From NCBI GenBank assembly GCA_947085985.1, contig CAMTYL010000003.1, positions 362,108 through 426,107 of the forward strand: DNA of 64,000 nt, written 5' to 3'. This DNA is from an uncultured bacterium. GTDB taxonomy: Bacteria > Patescibacteriota > Minisyncoccia > Phycocordibacterales > Phycocordibacteraceae. The notes under the pieces are model-generated. The model searched no databases. It had not been told where the DNA came from and saw nothing but the letters and a program-made list of their open reading frames with translations. Within the stretch, counting starts at the first letter, position 1. Each line of letters opens with the position of its first letter. Below, one piece after another: positions 56,216-64,000 of the stretch. The translations under genes and the position numbers were made by a program.

Positions 56216-56300
56216 AAATGCAATTATAACCTTTCTGTACCTTAAGCTGTACTTACAGCAATTCGACCCGTCTAGGTCGCCGGGTACCAAAAACTAAGCT

Positions 56301-56415
56301 GCTGGCCGTCTCGAGTTAGAACCGTGGCCGGTCAAGCCCTGCTTGGTCCGTTTGATGAGTTTTCAAAATCCAAAACGACCCGTCTCGAGCGCTTTCAAAG
56401 TGACAAAAGTGACAC
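56301..56415 (+). repeat. ~115-bp dispersed direct repeat, copy 2
   Basis: Matches 49252-49367. Confidence 0.85.
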
Positions 56416-56419
56416 TCCC

Positions 56420-56899
56420 CTAGGATGTTGGCCAGAGCTTCTTTTTGAAGTAAAAGTAAAGTGTAAAAAGGATTACCGAAACTCCTACTGGTGGAAACGC
56501 ATAGAGAGTAAGGGCAAATAAGTTATATCCAATCGAGAGAATTCCATTGAGGATATCTACAACCAAGGGAACGATTACAAAGAACATCGCACCCATGAGG
56601 AGTACCCAGATGATTGCCTTTGCCTCCTTGAACGATTGCCAATCCCCAAGTATCCGATACAACCCTTTGTAAAACTTAATCTTATATAGAAAGGCACCGA
56701 GGGTAACGAACGTAAGTGCGCTGTAGAAGATACGCACGAATATAGACGGTGGGTCTATCGGACTGATATCTGTCCACGTGAAGGACTTCCCCATTCCATA
56801 AACCCACAGCAAAAATGCGAGAGTACAGATAACGGAGAAGGCCGCCCCTGATAGAATCTCTTTTCTATATTTTCTCAGTATCCTTCCGTACCAGCTCAT
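56420..56899 (-). CDS. Hypothetical 4-TM membrane protein
   Basis: Four hydrophobic segments; starts immediately after the HNH gene stop. Confidence 0.7.
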   Translation of the reverse strand: MSWYGRILRKYRKEILSGAAFSVICTLAFLLWVYGMGKSFTWTDISPIDPPSIFVRIFYSALTFVTLGAFLYKIKFYKGLYRILGDWQSFKEAKAIIWVLLMGAMFFVIVPLVVDILNGILSIGYNLFALTLYAFPPVGVSVILFTLYFYFKKKLWPTS

Positions 56900-56900
56900 T

Positions 56901-57998
56901 TTAGTTTCTTCGGTAAAGCCCAAACTTAAGTATCTTTTGAGCTGGTGTTAAAAGATGTTCTGGCGTTTGGGACAAATTAGTGATTATGCGTTCAAAAGGA
57001 TTGAACGCGTGGCCTCCACCAAAGTTAGGAAGATTCAACTCTTCCGGCATCGCACCAAGAACTATCTTATATATAGCTTGCCCACCAAAGAAGGTCATGG
57101 TCGCAACAATCTGACCATCTTCAAGTACAAAGTTTATAAAATGCATTATTACTCTCCGACCTTCATCTCGCTCTAATTTTAGAACCGGGTCTTGAGTAAT
57201 CGAGACGATTATCTCTTTCATTACACCCTCGCCAGAATGTATGAAGTTTCGAATTTTATCGAAATGCTGGCTGAATAGGATATCCCTTTTACCATCCTGG
57301 ATAGCGCAGTATGCGAAATAATTAAAAGCTATTTTTGCAAAGACACGTGCCAAATCTCTATCGACTGAACAGGAATACTCCTCCTCAATAGTAATTTTGT
57401 CGCCAGGTTCAAACTGATGACCTTTAGATGCTTTTTCTTTGTAGTTAACTCCATACTCATGTAGCAAACTAATCATACTTTTTACTTCCTCTTGAGTCTC
57501 TCCGAAGATAGCAATGTCTTTCTGATCTAGTTTCTGCATGTCTGCAGAAAGCTTTTTAAACTCGCGTCCTCCTTTAGGGACTGAGCGCAGAGCTTCAGGT
57601 CTGAAAACCCGGAAACCACCCTTGAGTCTTCGAAGCTTTATCTGATTTTTTAAGGCAGGAACTATCCTGTTCTCTTTAGGTTCAAGAAACAGGAACATCT
57701 CATTGAAAAATTCATCCCCAAATCCATTCAATCGAGTGATTTTGAACTGATTATTTCTAATAGTGACACTTCCTCTACCATCCAGGTTAAGACGCTGCCC
57801 AAAAACACCCTCGCAAGTATCCTCTGTAAAGATAGTTTCGAGTCGGGTAAAGACCTCAGAATTGCATATGTCACACACGACATCTCCTTTGATTGTCGCG
57901 TTCGAATCGAAGGTTCCAAGACAGCGCGGCATTACATGTTCACGCGAATTGAAAGTCGTCTCTGGCTCACCCTTCAAGCAATATACGCATTGGGACAT
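56901..57998 (-). CDS. HNH endonuclease (HNH_5-like) with C-terminal extension
   Basis: CVYC.......SREHVMP..LG...........VCDICN motif. Confidence 0.85.
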   Translation of the reverse strand: MSQCVYCLKGEPETTFNSREHVMPRCLGTFDSNATIKGDVVCDICNSEVFTRLETIFTEDTCEGVFGQRLNLDGRGSVTIRNNQFKITRLNGFGDEFFNEMFLFLEPKENRIVPALKNQIKLRRLKGGFRVFRPEALRSVPKGGREFKKLSADMQKLDQKDIAIFGETQEEVKSMISLLHEYGVNYKEKASKGHQFEPGDKITIEEEYSCSVDRDLARVFAKIAFNYFAYCAIQDGKRDILFSQHFDKIRNFIHSGEGVMKEIIVSITQDPVLKLERDEGRRVIMHFINFVLEDGQIVATMTFFGGQAIYKIVLGAMPEELNLPNFGGGHAFNPFERIITNLSQTPEHLLTPAQKILKFGLYRRN

Positions 57999-58003
57999 AC
58001 GGC

Positions 58004-61000
58004 TTATAGCAAGTCACGAAACTCTTCAATCAAGCCAATTGACCCGAGATAGTGAATAAGGTCATTCGTGATTTTTATTGCTTCAGCATTTTCGGTAGCC
58101 TTAACCATCTTTATTACTTCACGGTATTCTTCCTTCTTATACAGATGCTCATATGTATCCCGCTCAGCACGAGCAATGAGGTCTAAAGTCGTAGTGGTTT
58201 CAACGGGAAATTCCATTGCGTAGGACTTAAGTTCTTCTGCAATCTCATATGGAACATCGATAACACCATCAATAAGCTGTAGCGTCTTAATGGTTCGCTC
58301 CAGTGTTTCTTTTTTCGGGAATGGACTAACCTTGAACCACCAGCCAAATTCCCTGATTTCTTCGGCATCAATCCTTTCCTTAGGTAGAGCAATCCTAGCG
58401 TCCCACAGCCTTCCTAGTCGCTCTTTGACGCTTTCCTTATCCTCAAAGGACTCGAGTTGCCGGAGGATAACTCTACCTATGAAGTTTATTGCTTCTGATC
58501 TTTGTTGTGCGGGTGCGTTCCTAAAGAAATGTTCAGTAAAATCATCATGCTCGGGTTCATTTGTGTAGACAATTGCTGCATGCTGAGCAAACCGTTGATC
58601 AACGTCAGCAGCTCGATAGCCTTTCTTTTCAGCGGTTCCAAGGTAAGGGACAAAGTCCTTGTACTGTTCCTTAAGGATTGTAAAGACCTCTTTGATTACA
58701 TTATTGGCGAGATACCCTTCCCAAGCAGCCCATAAGTACTCAGGTGAATTTTTATCAAAAATTTTATGCTTGTTTTCCTCAAGCCATGCCCCATTTAGAT
58801 AGGAGAAATTCGGAACTCTCCAACCATATACCGAACGAATAGCTAAAGACGGATCCTGAGTAGAGTCTAGATGTCTGTCTAACAATTCCTGCATGGCAGG
58901 AGTCATTTTGTTTTCAATAGTCTTATCTGAGAGATTACGCGCTGTCCATAGACCGAAATTAACTACGGCATGCATAGCTTCGCCTCGTACGGTATTTATC
59001 GCTAGGGTCATTGGATCTAGTCCACCCTCACTGTCACGTTTCTCATACTCAGTGGTTGGGTCCGGGTCTTCAGCAAGATTAGTTATGATTTCCCATACCC
59101 TATCCTGAAAATTAATAGGTACTTCGCAACTATTCTTACCAAGGGCCTCTCCCAAGAAATCCGCAATCGCTAAGCGTACTGATTTCCAATCTTGTTCGTC
59201 ATTTGCTGGACTTACATCTGTCTCGTCTTTAACTACAACTCGGTATAGCAGTTCAATGACTTCTTCCCATGCAAAGCATTTATCTTTCCTTAAAGATTCT
59301 TTAAGGCCGTGGACCAGATGATAGAAAAAGATGGGGCGGATTTTCTTCTCGAAAAGCAGACCAAGCACCGCCACATACTTTTCGGGATTCTGAGCAACGA
59401 GTTCAGCAAAAATCATACCTAGACCTCCAGTCGAGTGCCTACCAAACGGGTCATCAGGTATTTTGTAGTCAACAAAATATTGCAAAGTCTCCTTCGCATC
59501 TAACCTTGCTAGGTCTTCTGAAGAAATGGGACTTTTACCCCCGTCCCACATAACCATCTCGCCGTCATGATCAGTTGGCTCACCATACTCTTTGACGATA
59601 CCTTGATACTCGTCTGCTTCCTTGACAGGGAGATTCTCCCCTATCGCCCTTAGGTAGAGTCCCTTCCAATCTGATTTAACCCGCTCGAATTCTTCTTCTG
59701 TGAGAGTGTCGTTTTTCTTAAACTCAGGACCTTCCTCAATAACCTTCAAAATCGAGTCTTTTGCTTCAGGTGACAGATTCCCAAACTGCAATCGCAGCAA
59801 AGGTAGGTATTCTCTCCGCAAATTGTATGAAATCGTGACCTTTCTCTCAGTCAGAATTTCTTCGATTTCCTTTGGAAACGGCTTGGGGTTCAATATGTAG
59901 GTCCAAAGCTCAATTCGTCTAAAAAGAGCCCACGGGTGAGATTTGAGAATCGTAACGAAATCTCTCATAACCTCATGATTATCCTTATTTTCCTCAATTA
60001 GCTTTATAACCCCATCAAGGAGCGTATCCTTTGCGTCGTCTCTACTGTGCCTAGACGACCTTAAGTTCGGACGCCATATATGAGAATACTCATAGTACGT
60101 ATCATCCGATTTATCTATCCTATCTTCTAGTTCTAACGCTTGGCGCAATTTAGATGTAAGTACTGCAAACAAACCTTTTGGATCAACCTTTGCCAATTCG
60201 ACAGTTTTCTCTTTAATAATTTCCCCAAACCTCCATTCGTCGAAATATGGCTTTGCGTCACGCCCAATGAAACGCATCGGACCCTCCTCATCGTCAGTTG
60301 CTGGTTTATCTACTTTTGTATCGAGTAGAACATTCGCTAGTTTTAAGGCTTCCTTAACCTTTCCTTCTTTTGCCAGCTTCTCCATCAACTCAGCAACTTT
60401 GTCAGGCAAAAGTAGATTATACGAATTTTGTATCCACTTATTCTTACAAATTAGGTCTACGTACTTCACTGCGACATCTGCAGGTGACTTAAGCGCCATT
60501 GATACAAAATCGTCCAATACAGACTGATTGTCGGAATTTAAGTTCTTAACAATGTCGAAGACAACTTCTGGCTTTTGCTCAGCCACCTTCAGTAAGTACT
60601 GAGATTCAGGCCAACCAACGAAACGAATATACCCTCCTTCCCTGAGGGGTTCTTGGGGCGCATTAAAAGCACCGACATCCCTCAGAGGCTCAAGCCAGTT
60701 CTGATTATCGCATCTCTCAAAAAAGTACTTTCTATGCTGTGGCTGAACAATTACTTTTGCGAGGATACTTAAATGCTCAGGAGTCGGATCATTAACAACT
60801 AAAAGCTTATCGATTTCAGCAACGCCATCAAAAAATGGAGTCTCGACCAAGACTTGGTATAGGAGGTCCTCGTACCTCCAAACCATCAATTCAAACTCCC
60901 TTTCAAGAATTCCAGCAATTTGTTTATTCTTGAGATCATCGTGCTTTGAACCTTTATGAAAGAAGGTCTGCACCTCAATCCAATCTTCAACAAACTTTCT

Positions 61001-61384
61001 TCTTAAGTATTCAGGCAGTGCGCTTCTATCTGCGTGCCTGCTGAGTAAATCTTGAAGCATTTGCTTCTGGCCGCCGGTATTCGCTACCTGAACTGACTCA
61101 TCTTTGGCTAGCAATGGGATGCCTTTGAAGTAACGTGGCAAGATTGCAGTCAGCTCACGAGCAGAATGTGACACTTGGCCAATGCGGTCGGGATTTCTTT
61201 TGTTATTAAAAGTGATTACTAATCCCTCATAAATCCCCGCCAACTTCTTGCACAGCTCTGGAGACTCTGAATCTAGTCTTAATAAAGCGTCGCGGATTTT
61301 CTTTTGCCTCACTTCGGCGGACGACAAAACATCTTCAGTATCAACTGAGTTTTCCAAGCCCTCGTCTTTAAATTGGTCCGCCAC
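58004..61384 (-). CDS. 1126-aa protein: possible HEPN-like N-terminal domain plus long helical-repeat body
   Basis: Long intact ORF; N-terminal NPDR..Q.SHSAREL...HKGSKH; no P-loop visible. Domain call is inference. Confidence 0.7.
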   Translation of the reverse strand: MADQFKDEGLENSVDTEDVLSSAEVRQKKIRDALLRLDSESPELCKKLAGIYEGLVITFNNKRNPDRIGQVSHSARELTAILPRYFKGIPLLAKDESVQVANTGGQKQMLQDLLSRHADRSALPEYLRRKFVEDWIEVQTFFHKGSKHDDLKNKQIAGILEREFELMVWRYEDLLYQVLVETPFFDGVAEIDKLLVVNDPTPEHLSILAKVIVQPQHRKYFFERCDNQNWLEPLRDVGAFNAPQEPLREGGYIRFVGWPESQYLLKVAEQKPEVVFDIVKNLNSDNQSVLDDFVSMALKSPADVAVKYVDLICKNKWIQNSYNLLLPDKVAELMEKLAKEGKVKEALKLANVLLDTKVDKPATDDEEGPMRFIGRDAKPYFDEWRFGEIIKEKTVELAKVDPKGLFAVLTSKLRQALELEDRIDKSDDTYYEYSHIWRPNLRSSRHSRDDAKDTLLDGVIKLIEENKDNHEVMRDFVTILKSHPWALFRRIELWTYILNPKPFPKEIEEILTERKVTISYNLRREYLPLLRLQFGNLSPEAKDSILKVIEEGPEFKKNDTLTEEEFERVKSDWKGLYLRAIGENLPVKEADEYQGIVKEYGEPTDHDGEMVMWDGGKSPISSEDLARLDAKETLQYFVDYKIPDDPFGRHSTGGLGMIFAELVAQNPEKYVAVLGLLFEKKIRPIFFYHLVHGLKESLRKDKCFAWEEVIELLYRVVVKDETDVSPANDEQDWKSVRLAIADFLGEALGKNSCEVPINFQDRVWEIITNLAEDPDPTTEYEKRDSEGGLDPMTLAINTVRGEAMHAVVNFGLWTARNLSDKTIENKMTPAMQELLDRHLDSTQDPSLAIRSVYGWRVPNFSYLNGAWLEENKHKIFDKNSPEYLWAAWEGYLANNVIKEVFTILKEQYKDFVPYLGTAEKKGYRAADVDQRFAQHAAIVYTNEPEHDDFTEHFFRNAPAQQRSEAINFIGRVILRQLESFEDKESVKERLGRLWDARIALPKERIDAEEIREFGWWFKVSPFPKKETLERTIKTLQLIDGVIDVPYEIAEELKSYAMEFPVETTTTLDLIARAERDTYEHLYKKEEYREVIKMVKATENAEAIKITNDLIHYLGSIGLIEEFRDLL

Positions 61385-61436
61385 AGACCAATTTTATCAT
61401 TTTTGGCCTGATTTATAGCCCTGTGGGGTACGCGTC

Positions 61437-61703
61437 TTAACGTACACTCTTGTGCCTATGGTCAGACGGTCGGCCAATGAAGTAGCTGTAGTCCTTCATA
61501 AAAAGCTGGCACAAAATAATCAGGTCATGAATCTTGAGGCTGCGCTCCCCACTCTCAATCAAGGAGATAGCTGTCGGCGATTCGTATTCTAGAAGGCTCG
61601 CAAGGTTTGTTTGCGAGTAGCCCGCCTCCACGCGGCAGTCCCTAATCTTCTGTCCGATTTCCCTATCCAGGTCTTTGAAGGTCGCTTTCTTTGTCATATC
61701 CAC
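61437..61703 (-). CDS. XRE-family HTH transcriptional regulator
   Basis: IG.KIR..R...GYSQ..LA..L......IS.IE.G.R motif. Confidence 0.92.
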   Translation of the reverse strand: MDMTKKATFKDLDREIGQKIRDCRVEAGYSQTNLASLLEYESPTAISLIESGERSLKIHDLIILCQLFMKDYSYFIGRPSDHRHKSVR

Positions 61704-61810
61704 ACTATATCTCTATTGACCAAGTTTACCAATTTGATAAACTTGTAACGGAGTTCCCGGAGGAGGTAGCAAAAAAGCATGACGTGCGATTAATCATTAT
61801 CTTTTTTGCT

Positions 61811-63088
61811 ATGTCCCATAAACTAACTTGGACTACGGTCCAGAAGCGGGTGGACGATCTCGTCCCCCAGGAGGTAAATCCTCGCATTATTACCGACAAG
61901 CAGATGTCGGACCTGAAGCGCAGTCTCAAGAAGTTCAATCTTGTTGAGGTTCCCGCAATCGATATGAACGGCAAGATACTTGCCGGGCATCAGCGTATCA
62001 AAGCATTGCAGCTCCTCGGCCGTGGAAACGAACTTATCGATGTTCGTATTCCAAACCGCAAGCTCACGAAGCAGGAGTCAGACGAATACCTCCTTGCTTC
62101 CAACAAGCTTGGCGGAGACTGGGACTTTGAACTTCTGAAGTCCTTCGATCTCGGAACGCTTGAGTTCGCAGGGTTCGATGATGTCGAGCTCGCGGAAATC
62201 TGGGACGAGGATAAGTCTGTCGAAGATGACAGCTTCGATGTAGAAAAGGAACTTAAGAAGATTAAGGAGCCGGACACAAAGCTTGGTGACCTTATCACGC
62301 TCGGGAACCACCGTATCCTCTGTGGCGACTCAACCAAGCCCGAGAATCTGAAGCGTCTCCTCGGCACCGAGAAGGCGGTAATGATTTATTCGGACCCCGT
62401 CTACAACATTGATATCGATTACAACGGCGGTATCAGCGGCAAGCAGAAGTACGGCGGTGATGTGAATGACACCCGTACGTTCGAGGAATACCGTACATTC
62501 CTTAAGAGGAGTCTTGAGGCGGCACTCGCCGTATCTGCTACAGACACTCATGTCTTCTACTGGTGCGACCAGGTGTACATCGGCGTACTTCAGGAGCTAT
62601 ACCGTAGCCTCGGCATTGCGAACAAGCGAGTGTGCCTTTGGCTTAAGAACAGCCAGAATCCTGTTCCCTCTGTAGCGTTCAATAAGGCGTATGAGCCTGT
62701 GGTGTACGGCGTTCGCGGGAAGCCGTATCTGGCTGAAGCGGTTACGACTCTGAACGAAGTACTGAATAAGGAAATGGGTACGGGGAATGAACTTCTAGAG
62801 CAGGTAGAGGATGTCTGGATGGCGAAGCGTCTTTCCGGCAAGGATTATGAGCACGCGACCTCGAAGCCGCCCCAGCTTCACGAGAAGGCTATCAAGCGGT
62901 GTACGAAGCCAGGAGACATAATCCTCGACAGCTTCCTTGGTTCAGGTAGTACCCTCATTGCAGGAGAAGCACTCGGACGGAAGGTGTATGGTTGCGAACT
63001 TGAGCCTGCATTCTGCGACCTCATGATTCGCCGGTATGAGAAGCTGACCGGCGCAAAGGCAAAGGTAAAGAGGTATGAAGAAGACTAA
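61811..63088 (+). CDS. ParB-like N-terminal domain plus N4/N6 DNA methyltransferase (phage-type)
   Basis: NPR.I...LK.SL..F...ILAGHQR; LG.HRILCGDST; DPVY catalytic motif; H.T.KP; LDSFLGSGST. Confidence 0.92.
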   Translation: MSHKLTWTTVQKRVDDLVPQEVNPRIITDKQMSDLKRSLKKFNLVEVPAIDMNGKILAGHQRIKALQLLGRGNELIDVRIPNRKLTKQESDEYLLASNKLGGDWDFELLKSFDLGTLEFAGFDDVELAEIWDEDKSVEDDSFDVEKELKKIKEPDTKLGDLITLGNHRILCGDSTKPENLKRLLGTEKAVMIYSDPVYNIDIDYNGGISGKQKYGGDVNDTRTFEEYRTFLKRSLEAALAVSATDTHVFYWCDQVYIGVLQELYRSLGIANKRVCLWLKNSQNPVPSVAFNKAYEPVVYGVRGKPYLAEAVTTLNEVLNKEMGTGNELLEQVEDVWMAKRLSGKDYEHATSKPPQLHEKAIKRCTKPGDIILDSFLGSGSTLIAGEALGRKVYGCELEPAFCDLMIRRYEKLTGAKAKVKRYEED

Positions 63089-63518
63089 GAAGGTTGTAGA
63101 GAAATTCTTAGCTGAACTTGAGCGCACCCCTATCGTTGGAGCTGCGTGTGAAAAGACAGGACTCTCACGCAATACGGTATATCGCTGGAGGAAGGAGGAT
63201 CGTGAATTCGCCGCTCACTTTGATTACTCACTCTACCAAGGAATCGCGGTTGTGAGTGACGTGGCTGAAAGCAACGTACTCAACGGTATCAAGAACAAGG
63301 ACGCTGGCTACACCAAGTTCTGGTTGAGTAGCAGGCACCCGGCATATCGAAAGGTCTTCTTTAATCGAGAAGAAAAGCGAAAGAACCCTTTGGCTGATCC
63401 TGCGGAGCAAGCTCGCGTAAAGAAGGAGGTAAAGAGAATCTTTAGGGAGTGGGATGCATATGGACCCAAGGGCCCTCCACCTGATGAGCCAGAGGACAAG
63501 AAGCGTAAGAAGTCCTAA
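63075..63518 (+). CDS. HTH protein resembling terminase small subunit (phBC6A51-like)
   Basis: FL.EL..TPIV..AC.K.GLSRNTVYRW.KED.EF pattern; overlaps the MTase stop. Confidence 0.75.
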   Translation: MKKTKKVVEKFLAELERTPIVGAACEKTGLSRNTVYRWRKEDREFAAHFDYSLYQGIAVVSDVAESNVLNGIKNKDAGYTKFWLSSRHPAYRKVFFNREEKRKNPLADPAEQARVKKEVKRIFREWDAYGPKGPPPDEPEDKKRKKS

Positions 63519-64000
63519 AGTACCTTTTCTCCGTCGAAGACAATGCTTTCAGGTTTCCAGCTTTGAGGATTTGAGAGGTCTTCCCTGCTTGCTCCCGAGT
63601 AGACCATCACTACTTCCCAACTGGAGCGAATCGTTGCACCGAACCCATTCTGACTATCAACACACGATGTGACCCTGAATCGATTGTCGCCGAGGTCTTG
63701 CGTCGCCGCATCGCAGAAATCTGCTGTTGAGGGAGACTTGAGAATGTTCAGAACGTAGTCCTCGGCGTAGGTGCTTGGATAGACTGTCTCTGCGATTGGT
63801 CTCGGAGCAGGTTCAGAACCAGTGTCTGAAACTATCGCTATAAGAATCGGAGAGGCAATCAGAACTACGAGAAATACTTTAATGAGATTCGACATCGGCT
63901 TGCGAATAGCACTCCGACAGTTCGGACACTTCTTCGCTAAAGCAGATATATCTGATTGGCACTGCGGACACTTAACAGTGTCCGTTGTTTGCTTGTCCAT
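63515..64000 (-). CDS. Zinc-ribbon, single-TM hypothetical protein
   Basis: CPQC...I...AKKCPNC, TM, LKSPSTA.F...VDSQNGFGA.IR motif; the start coincides with the window edge. Confidence 0.75.
   Translation of the reverse strand: MDKQTTDTVKCPQCQSDISALAKKCPNCRSAIRKPMSNLIKVFLVVLIASPILIAIVSDTGSEPAPRPIAETVYPSTYAEDYVLNILKSPSTADFCDAATQDLGDNRFRVTSCVDSQNGFGATIRSSWEVVMVYSGASREDLSNPQSWKPESIVFDGEKVL

Larger units (their letters stand above)
48398..64000. mobile_element. Decayed genomic island / prophage-like mosaic (right end outside the window)
   Basis: Recombinase and terminase fragments, ParB-MTase, XRE, HNH and DGR2; visibly AT-richer sequence. Confidence 0.75.

Overview
Chromosomal segment that looks like a Patescibacteria/CPR (Parcubacteria-like) genome in standard genetic code. 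This taxonomy is inferred from gene content and protein style, not from a search. Positions 1-48,400 are mostly housekeeping and stress genes: groEL/ES, secG, RNase J, mutY, nth, bcp, msrA/B, DsbA/VKOR, typA, mltG, a PIF1 helicase, an RND pump, photolyase, a 1,439-aa surface protein, and a SAM riboswitch with metK. From ~48,400 to the window end is a decayed, AT-richer island or prophage-like mosaic. The main result is two complete, non-cross-matching diversity-generating retroelements (DGR1 ~20.3-23.0 kb; DGR2 ~49.4-52.1 kb). In hand alignments every TR/VR mismatch falls on a TR adenine (20 in 105 nt; 21 in 134 nt). Both share a non-canonical layout: target gene, structured ncRNA, TR and RT on the minus strand, with avd antisense between TR and RT and overlapping the RT start head-to-head. 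Both carry a poly-C tract exactly 13 nt from the RT start codon. The C10 tract keeps avd in frame in DGR2, while C11 frameshifts it in DGR1, which is a candidate phase-variable ON/OFF switch for hypermutation. Covarying RNA structures are conserved upstream of TR, downstream of TR and in the target-gene leader. Other highlights are a Caulobacter-type GcrA cell-cycle regulator, short palindromic elements inserted in frame into mutY and msrB, and a candidate two-gene defence module.
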